From Nitrospirota bacterium (lineage in GTDB: Bacteria; Nitrospirota; UBA9217), in assembly GCA_963754875.1 (NCBI GenBank), contig CAVWHO010000010.1:273327-337326 (forward strand): 64,000 nucleotides of DNA. The letters run 5' to 3'. Made by a program: the position numbers and the translations under genes. Within the stretch, counting starts at the first letter, position 1. Every line of letters begins with the position of its first letter. The notes under the pieces are model-generated. The model saw only the letters and a program-made list of their open reading frames with translations, ran no database searches and had not been told where the DNA came from. This document shows, in pieces, positions 40,736 to 52,046 of this stretch.

Positions 40736-41867
40736 TGTGAATACGCGGGGAGCAGAAAGTCTCAATCTCCGGTCGGCGAATATCCTGGTGACGGGCGGCG
40801 CGGGGTTTATCGGTTCGAATTTCGTCAGGCATATATTTGAGAAAACCGACTTCAAAGGGACAGTCGTTAATTATGACAAACTGACCTATGCCGGCAACCT
40901 TGCAAACCTGAGGGATATCGAAAGTAAATTCGGCGGCAGGAGCTATTTTTTCGAGCGTGGCGATATTAACGATTTCGAAAATATCGGAAACGTTTTTAAA
41001 AAATACAGCATTAACGTTGTTGTCCACTTTGCAGCTGAGAGCCATGTGGACCGCTCGATTTTCGGGCCAAAGGATTTTATTGAGACGAACGTCAACGGGA
41101 CCTTCAGCATGCTCGAGACGTCACGTCAGGCCTGGTCGAATCGCAAAGACGTGCGGTTTCATCACATCAGCACGGACGAGGTCTACGGATCGCTCGGCGA
41201 CAGGGGCTTTTTTTACGAGACGACCCCTTACGACCCCCGGAGTCCTTATTCGGCGTCAAAGGCCGGATCGGACCATCTGGTAAGGGCATATTTTCATACC
41301 TATGGATTGCCGGTCACCGTCTCGAACTGCTCGAACAATTACGGTCCTTATCATTTTCCCGAAAAGCTGATTCCGCTGATGATATTGAACGCCGTCGAAG
41401 GAAAACCGCTTCCTGTCTATGGAGACGGCAAAAACGTGCGCGACTGGCTTTATGTCGGGGACCACTGCGAGGCGATCTGGCAAATACTGGAAAAAGGCAG
41501 GACAGGGGAGACCTATAATATCGGCGGAGAATGCGAAAAGCAGAACATCGAAGTCGTAAAAACGATCTGCGACCTGTTGGAAAAACTCTATCCCCTGAAG
41601 GACAACAAAGGCATTCAAAATGCAAAGCTCAAAATTCAAGACTATGGCGAACTCATCACATTCGTGGGCGATCGGCCGGGGCATGACCGCCGGTATGCCA
41701 TCAACTGCGACAAGATCAAAAAAGAACTGGGCTGGAAACAGCAGCATAGTTTCGAGGACGGCCTGAAAAGCACGATAGAATGGTACCTGGAAAATACCGC
41801 CTGGATTGACAATATCAGGAGCGGCGGCTATTCGAAATGGATTGATAAGAACTACGGCGGAAGATAG
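40728..41867 (+). CDS. rfbB: dTDP-glucose 4,6-dehydratase
   Basis: [45 protein letters not shown]. Confidence 0.97.
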   Translation: MSNVNTRGAESLNLRSANILVTGGAGFIGSNFVRHIFEKTDFKGTVVNYDKLTYAGNLANLRDIESKFGGRSYFFERGDINDFENIGNVFKKYSINVVVHFAAESHVDRSIFGPKDFIETNVNGTFSMLETSRQAWSNRKDVRFHHISTDEVYGSLGDRGFFYETTPYDPRSPYSASKAGSDHLVRAYFHTYGLPVTVSNCSNNYGPYHFPEKLIPLMILNAVEGKPLPVYGDGKNVRDWLYVGDHCEAIWQILEKGRTGETYNIGGECEKQNIEVVKTICDLLEKLYPLKDNKGIQNAKLKIQDYGELITFVGDRPGHDRRYAINCDKIKKELGWKQQHSFEDGLKSTIEWYLENTAWIDNIRSGGYSKWIDKNYGGR

Positions 41868-41970
41868 CAAAGCGCAGAGAGCCGAGGACATAGCGCAGAG
41901 AGTAAAAGCTAGACTCCATGCCCTATGCTCTATGCTCTATGCTTCTACGCCATGCCCTATGCGCTCTGCT
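41866..41970. repeat. Inverted arms of degenerate heptamer repeats (rfbB-ugd junction)
   Basis: AGCAAAG/CGCAGAG/...CATAG left arm; CCCTATG/CTCTATG/CTCTATG...CTCTGCT right arm. Confidence 0.8.
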
Positions 41971-41995
41971 TAACTCTTAACATGCGAGGAGGATT

Positions 41996-43330
41996 ATGCG
42001 AATATCAGTAATCGGAACCGGCTATGTCGGACTGGTGACCGGCACCTGTCTTGCCGAAAGCGGCAACGACGTCATCTGCATGGATGTCGATTCGAAAAAG
42101 ATCGGGATGCTCAACTCCGGGAAGGTACCTATTTACGAACCGGGACTCGAGGAACTTATCAAACGCAATGTGGAACATGGGAGATTGACTTTCACCACGG
42201 ATATGGTCAATGCCGTGCGGACCTCTGAATTGATTTTTATCGCCGTAGGCACCCCGCCGGGAGAGGACGGATCAGCAGACCTCAAGTACGTTATCAGCGC
42301 TGCCAGGGAAATCGGCAGGCATATGAACGGTTATAAGATCATCATCAACAAGAGCACGGTACCGGTAGGGACCGGCGACAAGGTCAGGGCGGCGATTGCC
42401 TCTCAAACGAAGCGTAAATTCGATGTGGTCTCCAATCCGGAGTTCCTGAAAGAAGGGGCTGCCGTGGAAGATTTCATGAAACCGGACCGCGTCGTTATCG
42501 GCGCCAACAGCGCCAAAGCAAAGGAAATCATGCTGGACCTTTACGCACCTTTTGTCCGCAAAGGGGACCGGATCCTCATAATGGACATCAAAAGCGCTGA
42601 AATGACCAAGTATGCATCCAATGCGATGCTGGCAACCAAAATATCGTTCATCAACGAAATGGCGAATATTTGCGCCGGCCTCGGCGCCGACATCGACAGC
42701 GTGCGCCGCGGCATGGGATATGACAGGCGCATCGGTTTCGAGTTCCTCTTTCCCGGCGTAGGATACGGGGGCTCTTGCTTTCCGAAAGACGTAAAAGCCC
42801 TTGCCCAGACTGCGCAGGACATCAACGTCGATGCACAGCTGCTCAGATCCGTAGAGGCGGTGAATGAACGTCAAAAAAGCCTTCTCTCCGGCATGATCCT
42901 GCGTCATTTCTCCGGTTCGGCAGGACAAAAGAGCGTGAAGTCCAAAAAACCGCTGACCGGGAAAACAATTGCGGTCTGGGGCCTGTCGTTCAAACCGAAG
43001 ACCGATGACATGCGCGAAGCTCCTTCGGTAGTCATAATCAACAACTTGCTCCGCGCCGGAGCAGCGGTCAACGCTCACGATCCCGTTGCCATGAACGAGG
43101 CGCGCAAGATCTTCAAGAACAGGATCAACTACATGGAACAAGATTATGACGCTCTCCGAGGGGCTGATGCTCTGGCCGTTGTGACCGAGTGGAGCGAATT
43201 TCGGAACCCCGATTTCAAGAAGATAAAAAAACTGATGAAAAAACCGGTCATTTTCGACGGCAGGAATATATACACCAGGGAAGAGCTGCTGAAAGCCGGG
43301 TTTACGTATTACGGTATCGGAAGAAGATAA
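41996..43330 (+). CDS. ugd: UDP-glucose 6-dehydrogenase
   Basis: [33 protein letters not shown]. Confidence 0.96.
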   Translation: MRISVIGTGYVGLVTGTCLAESGNDVICMDVDSKKIGMLNSGKVPIYEPGLEELIKRNVEHGRLTFTTDMVNAVRTSELIFIAVGTPPGEDGSADLKYVISAAREIGRHMNGYKIIINKSTVPVGTGDKVRAAIASQTKRKFDVVSNPEFLKEGAAVEDFMKPDRVVIGANSAKAKEIMLDLYAPFVRKGDRILIMDIKSAEMTKYASNAMLATKISFINEMANICAGLGADIDSVRRGMGYDRRIGFEFLFPGVGYGGSCFPKDVKALAQTAQDINVDAQLLRSVEAVNERQKSLLSGMILRHFSGSAGQKSVKSKKPLTGKTIAVWGLSFKPKTDDMREAPSVVIINNLLRAGAAVNAHDPVAMNEARKIFKNRINYMEQDYDALRGADALAVVTEWSEFRNPDFKKIKKLMKKPVIFDGRNIYTREELLKAGFTYYGIGRR

Positions 43331-43670
43331 GATATGGAGCGAGCCGACCATGTCGGCGTAAAGACGTTAAGGCGTAAAGCTTAAAGAACGGCAACACGGT
43401 TGCCTTGGTCCAAGAGATATGGAGCAAGCCGACCATGTCGGCGTAAAGACGTTAAGACGTAAAGCTTAAAGAACGGCAACGCGGTTGCCTTGGTCCAAGA
43501 GATATGGAGCAAGCCGACCGTGTCGGCGTAAAGACGTTAAGGCGTAAAGCTTAAAGAACGGCAACGCGGTTGCCTTGGTCCAGAAGATATGGAGCAAGCC
43601 GACCGTGTCGGCGTAAAGACGTTAAGACGTAAAGCTTGAAGAACGGCAACGCGGTTGCCTTGGTCCAAAA
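43331..43670. repeat. Four near-identical 85-bp tandem repeats with internal hairpins
   Basis: Units start at 43331, 43416, 43501 and 43586 (GATATGGAGC...CCTTGGTCC). Confidence 0.97.
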
Positions 43671-43716
43671 ACGCCTTGGTCCAAAGTTCCCTTGGTCCGA
43701 AAATTGAGGAGAAAGA

Positions 43717-44649
43717 ATGAGAATACTCGTAACCGGCGGCGCCGGATTTCTGGGATCACACCTCTGCGAGCGGCTGTTGGCAGCAGGAAATGAGGTGCTC
43801 TGTCTCGATAATTTTTTTACCGGCAGAAAAAAGAACGTGCAGCACCTGCTGAACAAGCCTTATTTCGAGCTAATCCGCCACGATGTGACCCTGCCGGTCC
43901 TGCTCGAAGTGGACAGGATCTATCATCTGGCTTGTCCTGCATCCCCTATTCATTATCAGTACAATGCCATTAAGACCATCAAAGCCAATGTGCTGGGGAC
44001 GATCAATATGCTCGGCATGGCAAAACGGGTAAAGGCGAGGATCCTCTTCGCCTCCACCTCGGAGGTGTACGGCGACCCCACGGTGCATCCCCAAAAGGAG
44101 GACTATTGGGGCAACGTGAACACCATCGGGATCAGGAGCTGCTACGACGAGGGCAAGCGCGTGGCAGAGACCCTGATGATGGACTACCACCGACAGAACA
44201 AGGTCGACATCAAGATCGTCCGCATATTCAATACCTACGGTCCACGCATGCTGCCCGATGACGGACGTGTCGTGAGCAACTTCATTATCCAGGCGCTCAA
44301 AGGCGAGGACATCACGGTCTACGGAAAAGGATCCCAGACGCGTTCATTCTGTTTTGTTGACGATCTTGTCGAAGGTATGATCCGCATGATGGACAGCGAG
44401 AACTTTACCGGACCGGTGAACCTCGGGAATCCGGAAGAATACACGATCCTCGAGTTCGCCCAGAAAATTATCTCTATGACGGGATCGAAATCGAAAATAT
44501 CGTATAAGCCCCTTCCGTCCGATGACCCCCAGCAGCGCCAGCCCGATATAACGCTTGCAGGCCAAAAACTGGGATGGAAACCCGTCGTTTCCGTGACGGA
44601 TGGACTGAAGAGAACCATAGACTATTTTGAGAAAGAACTGGCGTCGTAA
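43717..44649 (+). CDS. UDP-glucuronate decarboxylase (UDP-xylose synthase) family SDR
   Basis: [35 protein letters not shown]. Confidence 0.95.
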   Translation: MRILVTGGAGFLGSHLCERLLAAGNEVLCLDNFFTGRKKNVQHLLNKPYFELIRHDVTLPVLLEVDRIYHLACPASPIHYQYNAIKTIKANVLGTINMLGMAKRVKARILFASTSEVYGDPTVHPQKEDYWGNVNTIGIRSCYDEGKRVAETLMMDYHRQNKVDIKIVRIFNTYGPRMLPDDGRVVSNFIIQALKGEDITVYGKGSQTRSFCFVDDLVEGMIRMMDSENFTGPVNLGNPEEYTILEFAQKIISMTGSKSKISYKPLPSDDPQQRQPDITLAGQKLGWKPVVSVTDGLKRTIDYFEKELAS

Positions 44650-44650
44650 A

Positions 44651-44701
44651 GGCAGGGCGCATGGGGCAGAGGGCATGGTGAAAAACCCCATGCTCCATGC
44701 C
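44651..44701. repeat. Short inverted heptamer arms (uxs-kdsB junction)
   Basis: GGCAGGG/CGCATGG/GGCAGAG/GGCATGG then CCCATGC/TCCATGC. Confidence 0.7.
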
Positions 44702-44716
44702 GCTTTAAACAGGACA

Positions 44717-45490
44717 ATGAAAAATAATCAAAACCGCATCGTTGCCCTTATCCCCGCCCGTTACGGGTCCACCCGTTTTCCCGGCAAATCACTTGTCTCA
44801 ATAAAGGGAAAACCCATGATCCAATGGGTTTACGAGCGCACGCGGCTCTCGCGCCTCATCAATCGCGTTGTCGTTGCCACCGACGATGAGCGGATTATGC
44901 AAGCCGTCACGGCCTTCGGCGGAGAAGTTGTCATGACTTCGTCATCCCACCGGACCGGAACGGACCGTATCGCCGAGGTCGCGCGGAAGCTGGACTGCGA
45001 CATCGTGGTCAATGTGCAGGGAGACGAACCGTTGATCCAGCCTGAGATGATAGATGAGGCGGTCCGACCGCTCGTTGACGATGCTTCCATCCCCATGGGC
45101 ACGCTTTGCAAAAAAATCGAACGCCGTGATGAGGCCTTCGATACGAACGTGGTCAAGGTGGTCTTTGATCAAAACAACTTTGCACTGTATTTTTCCCGCG
45201 CGCCGATCCCCTGGGACCGGGACCACTGGTCAGGCAAAGAACCGCTCACGGAGATGGTTTTGGCAGGCACGATGTACAAGCACATAGGGTTGTATGTCTA
45301 TCGCCGTGAGTTCCTCCTGACTTATGCAGCATTGCCGCAAACCTCGCACGAAACATCGGAAAAGCTTGAGCAGCTCCGCGCGCTCGATCATGGACACAAA
45401 ATAAAAGTTGTGGTTACTCCATACGAGTCCTTTGGTGTTGACATCCCCGATGATTTGGGTAAAATACTGAAACATCTTGAAGAATGTTGA
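44717..45490 (+). CDS. kdsB: 3-deoxy-manno-octulosonate cytidylyltransferase
   Basis: [37 protein letters not shown]. Confidence 0.96.
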   Translation: MKNNQNRIVALIPARYGSTRFPGKSLVSIKGKPMIQWVYERTRLSRLINRVVVATDDERIMQAVTAFGGEVVMTSSSHRTGTDRIAEVARKLDCDIVVNVQGDEPLIQPEMIDEAVRPLVDDASIPMGTLCKKIERRDEAFDTNVVKVVFDQNNFALYFSRAPIPWDRDHWSGKEPLTEMVLAGTMYKHIGLYVYRREFLLTYAALPQTSHETSEKLEQLRALDHGHKIKVVVTPYESFGVDIPDDLGKILKHLEEC

Positions 45491-45498
45491 GGGCGGCC

Positions 45499-47148
45499 AT
45501 GGAAATGAAAAAGAAGGAAACAAAGTACATTTTTGTCACAGGCGGCGTGGTTTCGTCGCTCGGGAAAGGCCTTGCCGCGGCATCTATCGGCGCGCTCCTT
45601 GAATCACGGGGCCTCAAAGTGACGTTTCTGAAGCTCGACCCCTACATCAACGTGGACCCGGGGACCATGAGCCCGTTTCAGCATGGCGAAGTTTACGTGA
45701 CCGACGACGGCGCCGAGACGGACCTGGACCTCGGGCACTACGAGCGTTACACGAACGTTACCACGGCCCAGAAGAACAATTTTACGTCCGGAAGGATCTA
45801 TAACAACGTCATCACGAAAGAACGGCGCGGCGACTACCTCGGCGGCACGGTGCAGGTCGTGCCGCACATCACCGACGAGATCAAGCGCGCAATCACCGAT
45901 CTCGCTGACGACGAAGACGTCGTGATCGTGGAAATCGGCGGCACCATCGGCGACATTGAGAGCTTGCCGTTCCTTGAGGCCATCCGACAGCTTCGGTACA
46001 GCCTTGGCAGGCATAACGTGCTTTATGTTCATCTTACCCTCGTGCCCTTCATCAAAGCGGCCGATGAGCTCAAAACCAAACCCACACAGCACAGCGTCAA
46101 AGAGCTTCTCTCCATCGGAATCCAGCCGGATATCCTCGTGTGCAGAAGCGACCGGAATATTCCGAAAGATATGAAGCGTAAGATCGCGTTGTTCTGCAAC
46201 GTGGACGAGAACGCGGTCATCACGGCTCAGGACGTTGATACTATTTATGAAGTGCCCATTTGTCTGCACGAAGAGGGGATCGATGACCGCATCGCTGAAT
46301 TGCTGGATTTGAAGGTTTCGAAAATCGATCTCAAACCGTGGGAAAAGATCATTGAACGCGTCAAACATCCTTCGAAGAACGTCACCATCGCCCTTGTCGG
46401 TAAATATATCGACCTCAAAGAAGCGTATAAGAGCCTCTGCGAAGCGCTCACGCACGGCGGTATTGCCAATGACACGAGGGTGAACATCTGCTGGGCGGAC
46501 TCTGAAGACATAGAGAGCAGGGGAACCGAGGCCATGCTCAAAGGCATGGACGGTATTCTGGTTCCCGGCGGGTTCGGCATACGTGGGGTAGAAGGGAAAA
46601 TCGCGGCTGTCAAGTATGCCCGGGAAAACAAGATCCCGTACTTCGGCATCTGCCTCGGCATGCAGTGCGCCGTCATCGAGGCCGCGCGCAACCTCGCCCA
46701 TCTCGAGAAAGCGAACAGTTCGGAGTTCGATCTCAAGACGCCGCACCCGGTCATCTACCTGATCGAGCAGTGGTATGATTACCGAAATAAGAAAGTCCAA
46801 AAAAGGGACCTCACGAGCGACAAGGGAGGAAGCATGCGCCTGGGCGCATATCCCTGCAAGCTGGAAAAAGGCACGCTCGCCTATCAGGCATACGGAAAAG
46901 AGGAAATTTCCGAGCGACATCGTCATCGTTACGAATTCAATAATAAATATCTGGAAACGCTCAAGGCTGCCGGTCTCGCCATAAGCGGGGTTTCTCCCGA
47001 CGGAGCATTGGTGGAAATTGTGGAACTCAAAGACCACCCCTGGTTTCTTGGCTGCCAGTTCCATCCCGAGTTCAAATCAACGCCGCGGAAACCGCACCCG
47101 CTCTTCACGGCATTTATCGGAGCGGCCCTTAAAAAGAAAAGTTCTTAG
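45499..47148 (+). CDS. pyrG: CTP synthase
   Basis: [33 protein letters not shown]. Confidence 0.98.
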   Translation: MEMKKKETKYIFVTGGVVSSLGKGLAAASIGALLESRGLKVTFLKLDPYINVDPGTMSPFQHGEVYVTDDGAETDLDLGHYERYTNVTTAQKNNFTSGRIYNNVITKERRGDYLGGTVQVVPHITDEIKRAITDLADDEDVVIVEIGGTIGDIESLPFLEAIRQLRYSLGRHNVLYVHLTLVPFIKAADELKTKPTQHSVKELLSIGIQPDILVCRSDRNIPKDMKRKIALFCNVDENAVITAQDVDTIYEVPICLHEEGIDDRIAELLDLKVSKIDLKPWEKIIERVKHPSKNVTIALVGKYIDLKEAYKSLCEALTHGGIANDTRVNICWADSEDIESRGTEAMLKGMDGILVPGGFGIRGVEGKIAAVKYARENKIPYFGICLGMQCAVIEAARNLAHLEKANSSEFDLKTPHPVIYLIEQWYDYRNKKVQKRDLTSDKGGSMRLGAYPCKLEKGTLAYQAYGKEEISERHRHRYEFNNKYLETLKAAGLAISGVSPDGALVEIVELKDHPWFLGCQFHPEFKSTPRKPHPLFTAFIGAALKKKSS

Positions 47149-47159
47149 TTCGCCCCGGC

Positions 47160-47272
47160 AGTTCTTAGTTTTGAGTTTTTAGTTCTTAGTTGACTCATAA
47201 CTCACCACTACCATCAAAAGAGAAACAAAGTTGCCTAAAAAACTAAAAACTCAAAACTACAAACTGAGAACT
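47160..47272. repeat. Inverted heptamer arms (pyrG-kdsA junction)
   Basis: GTTCTTA/GTTTTGA/GTTTTTA left; ACTAAAA/ACTCAAA/ACTACAA/ACTGAGA right; 19-bp perfect complement TAGTTTTGAGTTTTTAGTT. Confidence 0.85.
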
Positions 47273-47284
47273 TAAAGGAATGCC

Positions 47285-48112
47285 TTGATTAAAGAAATAA
47301 ACATTCGCGGGGTAAAGATCGGCGGCAACAAACCTTTCGTTCTGATCGCGGGCCCCTGCGTAATCGAATCGGAAGGTGCGACGCTCGATGCTGCCGCGCG
47401 GCTCAAAAAAATCACGGCTGACCTCGGCATCCCGTTCATATTCAAGTCGTCCTATGACAAAGCGAACCGCAGCTCCGGGAAATCCTATCGGGGCCCGGGC
47501 CTGAAACAGGGGCTTCAAATTCTTCAACGAGTGGCAAACGAGCTGGACCTGCCTGTTCTTTCAGACGTGCATCGCTTTGAAGAGATCGCGCCGGCGGCGC
47601 AAGTGCTCGACGTCATCCAGATCCCGGCCTTTCTGTGCAGACAGACGGATTTCGTGATGGAAGTGGCAAAAACCGGGAAAGTGGTCAATATCAAGAAAGG
47701 CCAGTTCCTGGCGCCTTGGGACATGAAAAACGCCGTAGAGAAAGCCGTGGCCGCCGGGAATGATAAAATCGTTATTACCGAACGCGGCGTGTCCTTCGGA
47801 TATAACAACCTTGTTGCCGACATGCGCTCGCTTCCCATCATGCGGGCCCTGGGCTACCCGGTGATGTTCGACGCGACCCATTCCGTACAGCTTCCGGGCG
47901 CAGGTGGGACCGCATCGTCGGGAGACCGGAAGTTCGTGCCCCATCTTACGCGTGCCGCAGTGGCGGCAGGTGTCGACGCTCTTTTTATGGAAGTTCATGC
48001 CTGCCCTGACGAAGCTTTGTGCGACGGACCGAACATGCTGAGTTTGGATGACCTCCCGGGTTTGCTGAAACAGGCCCAGGAGATAGACAGGATTGTGAAA
48101 AGAGGCGCTTAG
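47285..48112 (+). CDS. kdsA: 3-deoxy-8-phosphooctulonate synthase
   Basis: [37 protein letters not shown]. Confidence 0.97.
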   Translation: MIKEINIRGVKIGGNKPFVLIAGPCVIESEGATLDAAARLKKITADLGIPFIFKSSYDKANRSSGKSYRGPGLKQGLQILQRVANELDLPVLSDVHRFEEIAPAAQVLDVIQIPAFLCRQTDFVMEVAKTGKVVNIKKGQFLAPWDMKNAVEKAVAAGNDKIVITERGVSFGYNNLVADMRSLPIMRALGYPVMFDATHSVQLPGAGGTASSGDRKFVPHLTRAAVAAGVDALFMEVHACPDEALCDGPNMLSLDDLPGLLKQAQEIDRIVKRGA

Positions 48113-48166
48113 GGCAGAGTGCAAAAGGTTTCTCACCATGCACTATGCACCATGCGGGAATCAACT

Positions 48167-49138
48167 ATGTCCATAGAACAAGCAAAAAAAGTCCTGAGAA
48201 TAGAGGCAGAAGCCGTTGCCGCCCTCATCGAGCGGATCGACGAAAGCTTTGATAAGGCCGTTAAGATGATCCTGAACTGCGAGGGCCGCGTGGTCGTCAC
48301 CGGCATGGGCAAGTCCGGCTTGATCGGGAAAAAGATCGCCGCTACGCTTGCCTCGACCGGGACCCCGGCGCTCTTCCTGCATCCGGCAGAAGGTATCCAT
48401 GGCGACCTCGGCATGGTGACGAGGGGAGACACGGTCATCGCGCTGTCCAACAGCGGGGAGACCGACGAGCTGTCGCGCATGCTGCCGTCGCTTAAACGGC
48501 TGGGGATCGAGATCATCGCCCTCACCGGCAATGTCGATTCGACGCTGGCGAAAAACAGCGATGTGGTCATCAACGTCGGAGTGAAGGAAGAGGCTTGCCC
48601 CCTCGGTCTGGCGCCGACGGCGAGCACGACGGCCGCACTTGCCATGGGGGATGCTCTGGCAGTGGCCCTATTGGACAAACGGGGGTTCAGGGAGGAAGAC
48701 TTTGCCTGTTTCCATCCCGGCGGAGCGCTCGGCAAAAGGCTCCTCCTCCGCGTTCGCGACCTTATGCACACCGGAGATGACGTTCCCGTGGTTGCCGAAA
48801 CAACGTTAATTAAAGACGCCATCTACGAAATATCGTCGAAGAAGATGGGGGTCACAGCGGTGGTTGATGCCGCGGGAAAACTGATAGGCGTGATCTCCGA
48901 CGGCGACCTGCGCCGATGGATGGAAAAGACCGAAAAGGCCGGTGAAAACCTTCTCGCCAAAAAGGCCGCTGACATCATGACCGCGAATCCAAAAGTCGCG
49001 AACAAGGATTCTTTAGCAGCAGAAGCTGTTTCCATTATGGAAAAATATTCCATTACCTGCCTCATCGTTACCGATCCAGGAAAAAAGCCCGAAGGCGTGA
49101 TCCATCTCCACGATCTGCTGAAGGCGGGAGTGGTGTGA
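48167..49138 (+). CDS. kdsD: Arabinose-5-phosphate isomerase (KpsF/GutQ, SIS+CBS)
   Basis: TGMGKSGLIG, HGDLG, EACPLGLAPTAST, FHPGG. Confidence 0.95.
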   Translation: MSIEQAKKVLRIEAEAVAALIERIDESFDKAVKMILNCEGRVVVTGMGKSGLIGKKIAATLASTGTPALFLHPAEGIHGDLGMVTRGDTVIALSNSGETDELSRMLPSLKRLGIEIIALTGNVDSTLAKNSDVVINVGVKEEACPLGLAPTASTTAALAMGDALAVALLDKRGFREEDFACFHPGGALGKRLLLRVRDLMHTGDDVPVVAETTLIKDAIYEISSKKMGVTAVVDAAGKLIGVISDGDLRRWMEKTEKAGENLLAKKAADIMTANPKVANKDSLAAEAVSIMEKYSITCLIVTDPGKKPEGVIHLHDLLKAGVV

Positions 49139-49156
49139 CTCTGATTCTGCAGGGGG

Positions 49157-49350
49157 GAGTGAGCAGAGAGCATAGAGTTCCAAGTTTTGAGTTTTGAGTT
49201 GTGAGTCATTAACTTTGAGGCGGCTAACGAGTAGGGCTAATTCAAAACTAGCAACATCGGACTGAAAACTGACCATAAGCGCCATGCTCCATGCACTTTG
49301 CGTGATACTGATCAACACGGTTCCCTTGGTCCAAAATTGCCTTGGTCCCA
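49157..49350. repeat. Nested inverted heptamer arms plus CCTTGGTCC motifs (kdsD-kdsC junction)
   Basis: CAGAGAG/CATAGAG outer left, TTTTGAG x2 inner left, CAAAACT/GAAAACT inner right, CGCCATG/CTCCATG outer right, then CCTTGGTCC x2. Confidence 0.75.
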
Positions 49351-49356
49351 AAAATA

Positions 49357-49869
49357 ATGAGAAAATCCAGACAGAGCCTCCAATCAAAAGCGAAAAAAAT
49401 CAAACTTCTCCTGCTTGATGTGGACGGCGTATTGACCGACGGAACAATCATCCTGGACAACCAGGGAAATGAGCTCAAAGCCTTTCACGTCAGAGACGGG
49501 CACGGGATCAAGCTCGCCCAGCGGGCCGGCATTGTCATGGGCATTATCACCGGCAGAAAGTCCGAAGTAGTAAACATCCGCGCCCGGGAGCTCGGCATCG
49601 AGGAAGTGCACCAGGGGGCCCTGAAGAAGATAGAGATCTACGAGTCCATTCTTGCCAAATACGGTGTCCACGATGAAGAAGTGGCATATATGGGAGACGA
49701 CATCGTGGATGTAGACATCTTCAAGCGCGCAGGTGTTGCTGTTACGGTATCGGATGCCGACCCCTCTGTGGGGCCTTACGTCGATATGATCACGAAGAAT
49801 GAAGGGGGCAGGGGAGCAGTGCGTGAATTCATCAACCTGCTCCTGAAAAGCCAGGGAAAGCAGCTCTAG
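49357..49869 (+). CDS. kdsC: KDO 8-phosphate phosphatase (HAD)
   Basis: LLLDVDGVLTDG, FHVRDG, YMGDDIVD, GGRGAVRE. Confidence 0.95.
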   Translation: MRKSRQSLQSKAKKIKLLLLDVDGVLTDGTIILDNQGNELKAFHVRDGHGIKLAQRAGIVMGIITGRKSEVVNIRARELGIEEVHQGALKKIEIYESILAKYGVHDEEVAYMGDDIVDVDIFKRAGVAVTVSDADPSVGPYVDMITKNEGGRGAVREFINLLLKSQGKQL

Positions 49870-49870
49870 C

Positions 49871-50770
49871 ATGAACGAACGGCTGCTTCAGGTAAGAAAG
49901 CGCATTACCCTGGCCGCACTGATTGCGATCACCTGGCTCATCAAACTGTTTTCCCTCATCGTACCCTATAGAATCGGTGTCCGTGCAGGCGGGGTCCTGG
50001 GATACATCACCTATTATCTGCTTCCCAAAGAGCGAAAAAGGGCCATCGCTCATTTGACCCTGGCATATGAAGAACGCGGCCAATCGTGGATCCGCTCCAC
50101 TGCACGGCGTTGCTTTGTCCATTTAGGCAAGTCTATGCTTGAAGTCATGCTCATGAAGCCTGGCAGGCTGGCAGGCGTAGTCGAGATCCGCGGGGAGGAA
50201 TGCCTCCGGGATGCCCTCAGCCGGGGCAAAGGGGTCGTTTGGGTCACCGGCCACATCGGCAACTGGGAGTTGATGGCCCATGCGATTGCGCAAAAATATC
50301 CCGTCAGCGTGATCGCCGCGCCGATCGAGCCGGAACAGGTCAATGACATGATCGTCGGCATGCGTGCGCGTATGGGTGTCAAGACGATCTTGCGCACCAG
50401 ACCGGGGGCATCGAAGGAACTGATCCGCGCGTTCAGGGAAAACCTGGTCCTGGGCATTCTGATCGACCAGGACACCGATGTGGAGAGCGCCTTCGTCGAC
50501 TTCATGGGGAGGCCGGCCTGGACGCCCACTGCTGCGGCATCCATGGCGATCAAATTCGGAGCGCCGGTGATTTTCGGCCATATCAAACGCGGGGCCGGCG
50601 ACCGGCATGCCATCGTGATCGAAGGCCCCCTGGACATTACCATTACGGGCGACCGGGAAAAAGATATCATCGCGAATACGGCCATGCTGACAAAAAAAAT
50701 AGAGGATTGCATACATAAGGACCCCGAACAATGGGTTTGGATGCACCGACGCTGGAGGAGACAGCCGTGA
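49871..50770 (+). CDS. Lipid A biosynthesis acyltransferase (LpxL/HtrB family)
   Basis: GHIGNWE, ILIDQD, PEQWVWMHRRW. Confidence 0.93.
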   Translation: MNERLLQVRKRITLAALIAITWLIKLFSLIVPYRIGVRAGGVLGYITYYLLPKERKRAIAHLTLAYEERGQSWIRSTARRCFVHLGKSMLEVMLMKPGRLAGVVEIRGEECLRDALSRGKGVVWVTGHIGNWELMAHAIAQKYPVSVIAAPIEPEQVNDMIVGMRARMGVKTILRTRPGASKELIRAFRENLVLGILIDQDTDVESAFVDFMGRPAWTPTAAASMAIKFGAPVIFGHIKRGAGDRHAIVIEGPLDITITGDREKDIIANTAMLTKKIEDCIHKDPEQWVWMHRRWRRQP

Positions 50771-51327
50771 AGATCTTCAATGTGCCGAATATGCTCTCAA
50801 TCAGCCGCATTTTGTCGGTGCCGGTATTTATCGTGCTTATGCTCGAACCGAACCCGGTCCGTGCTTTGGCTGCAGGGATCGTGTTTTCCCTCGCCTCAGC
50901 CACTGACTGGCTCGATGGGTACCTGGCGAGAAAGTGGGGACAGGTGACCAAGATGGGCAAGCTGCTGGACCCCATCGCGGACAAAATATTGATCATGTCG
51001 GCGCTGGTTATGCTGGTCGAAATCCGCTCCGACGTCGTACACGCCTGGATTGCAATTGTGATCATCGGAAGGGAATTTGCCGTTACCGGCCTCCGCGCTA
51101 TTGCGTCGAGCGAAGGGATCATCATCCCGGCCGAGACCGTGGGGAAATACAAGGTAGGGGCCCAAATCACGGCTGTGCTTTCGCTGCTTCTCGATTATTA
51201 TTTGCCGAATGAACGGCTCAGGGAACTCGGTGCCGCTGCGCTCTGGGTAGCCATGGTCCTGGCGGTCTACTCGGCTGTGCGTTATTTCATGCGTTATTGG
51301 AGCCAGCTGGACTACGAAAACAGTTAA
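50767..51327 (+). CDS. pgsA: CDP-diacylglycerol--glycerol-3-phosphate 3-phosphatidyltransferase
   Basis: PNMLSISR, TDWLDGYLARKWGQVTKMGKLLDPIADK. Confidence 0.95.
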   Translation: MKIFNVPNMLSISRILSVPVFIVLMLEPNPVRALAAGIVFSLASATDWLDGYLARKWGQVTKMGKLLDPIADKILIMSALVMLVEIRSDVVHAWIAIVIIGREFAVTGLRAIASSEGIIIPAETVGKYKVGAQITAVLSLLLDYYLPNERLRELGAAALWVAMVLAVYSAVRYFMRYWSQLDYENS

Positions 51328-51436
51328 TAGTTTTTAGTTTTAAGTTTTGAGTTAAACTGCTCGTCCTTAAAACTGAGAGACTAAATAGGAAATTAAGAAC
51401 TAAGAACTAAGAATTAAGAACTAAGAACTGAGAACT
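51322..51436. repeat. Inverted heptamer arms (pgsA-plsY junction)
   Basis: AGTTTTT/AGTTTTA/AGTTTTG left; (C/T)TAAGAA x5 plus CTGAGAA right. Confidence 0.88.
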
Positions 51437-51443
51437 ATTTATT

Positions 51444-52046
51444 ATGATGCACATGTTTGAAATAGTTGCCGTCATAGCATCCTATCTGATAGGGGCCATT
51501 CCATTCGGGCTCATCTTTTCCAGAATATTCTTAAACATCGACGTACGGACCATCGGAAGCGGGAACATCGGCGCCACGAATGTGTTGCGCGCTGCCGGGA
51601 AAAAGGCCGCAATCCTGACCCTGTTGGCCGACGCGCTCAAGGGGTTCCTTCCGGTCCTCATTGTTCAGCACTTGTTCAATGCAGAGCTGACGACCGCGCT
51701 TTCAGGCGTTGCTGCGGTCCTGGGGCACAACTTTCCCGCGTACCTCAAATTCAAAGGCGGGAAAGGCGTGGCCACGAGTTTCGGCGTGCTCCTTGCCGTC
51801 TCCCCGTGGATAGGGCTCGTTTCGCTGCTCGCCTGGCTCGCTGCGGCCGTCATCTGGCGCTATTCATCGCTCTCCGCGCTCGTAGCATTCGCGTGTTATC
51901 CTGCCTTGACGTTTACGGTCACAAGAGAGGTTTCTCAACCGTACAAAGCCCTATCGTTGTTTATCTTCGCCATGATCTACTACCGGCACCGGGAGAACAT
52001 AAAACGGCTCATTGCGGGCACGGAGCCGAAGATAGGGAAAAAATGA
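51444..52046 (+). CDS. plsY: Glycerol-3-phosphate acyltransferase
   Basis: [36 protein letters not shown]. Confidence 0.96.
   Translation: MMHMFEIVAVIASYLIGAIPFGLIFSRIFLNIDVRTIGSGNIGATNVLRAAGKKAAILTLLADALKGFLPVLIVQHLFNAELTTALSGVAAVLGHNFPAYLKFKGGKGVATSFGVLLAVSPWIGLVSLLAWLAAAVIWRYSSLSALVAFACYPALTFTVTREVSQPYKALSLFIFAMIYYRHRENIKRLIAGTEPKIGKK

Noticed and set aside
43331..43670. CRISPR array
   Set aside because: Whole 85-bp units are near-identical, with no unique spacers and no cas genes in the window.
45604..47064. Long antisense ORFs (e.g. 486 aa opposite pyrG, 360 aa opposite rfbA, 359 aa opposite ugd, + strand ORFs at 142-1413)
   Set aside because: Shadow frames of well-conserved genes with no motifs of their own.
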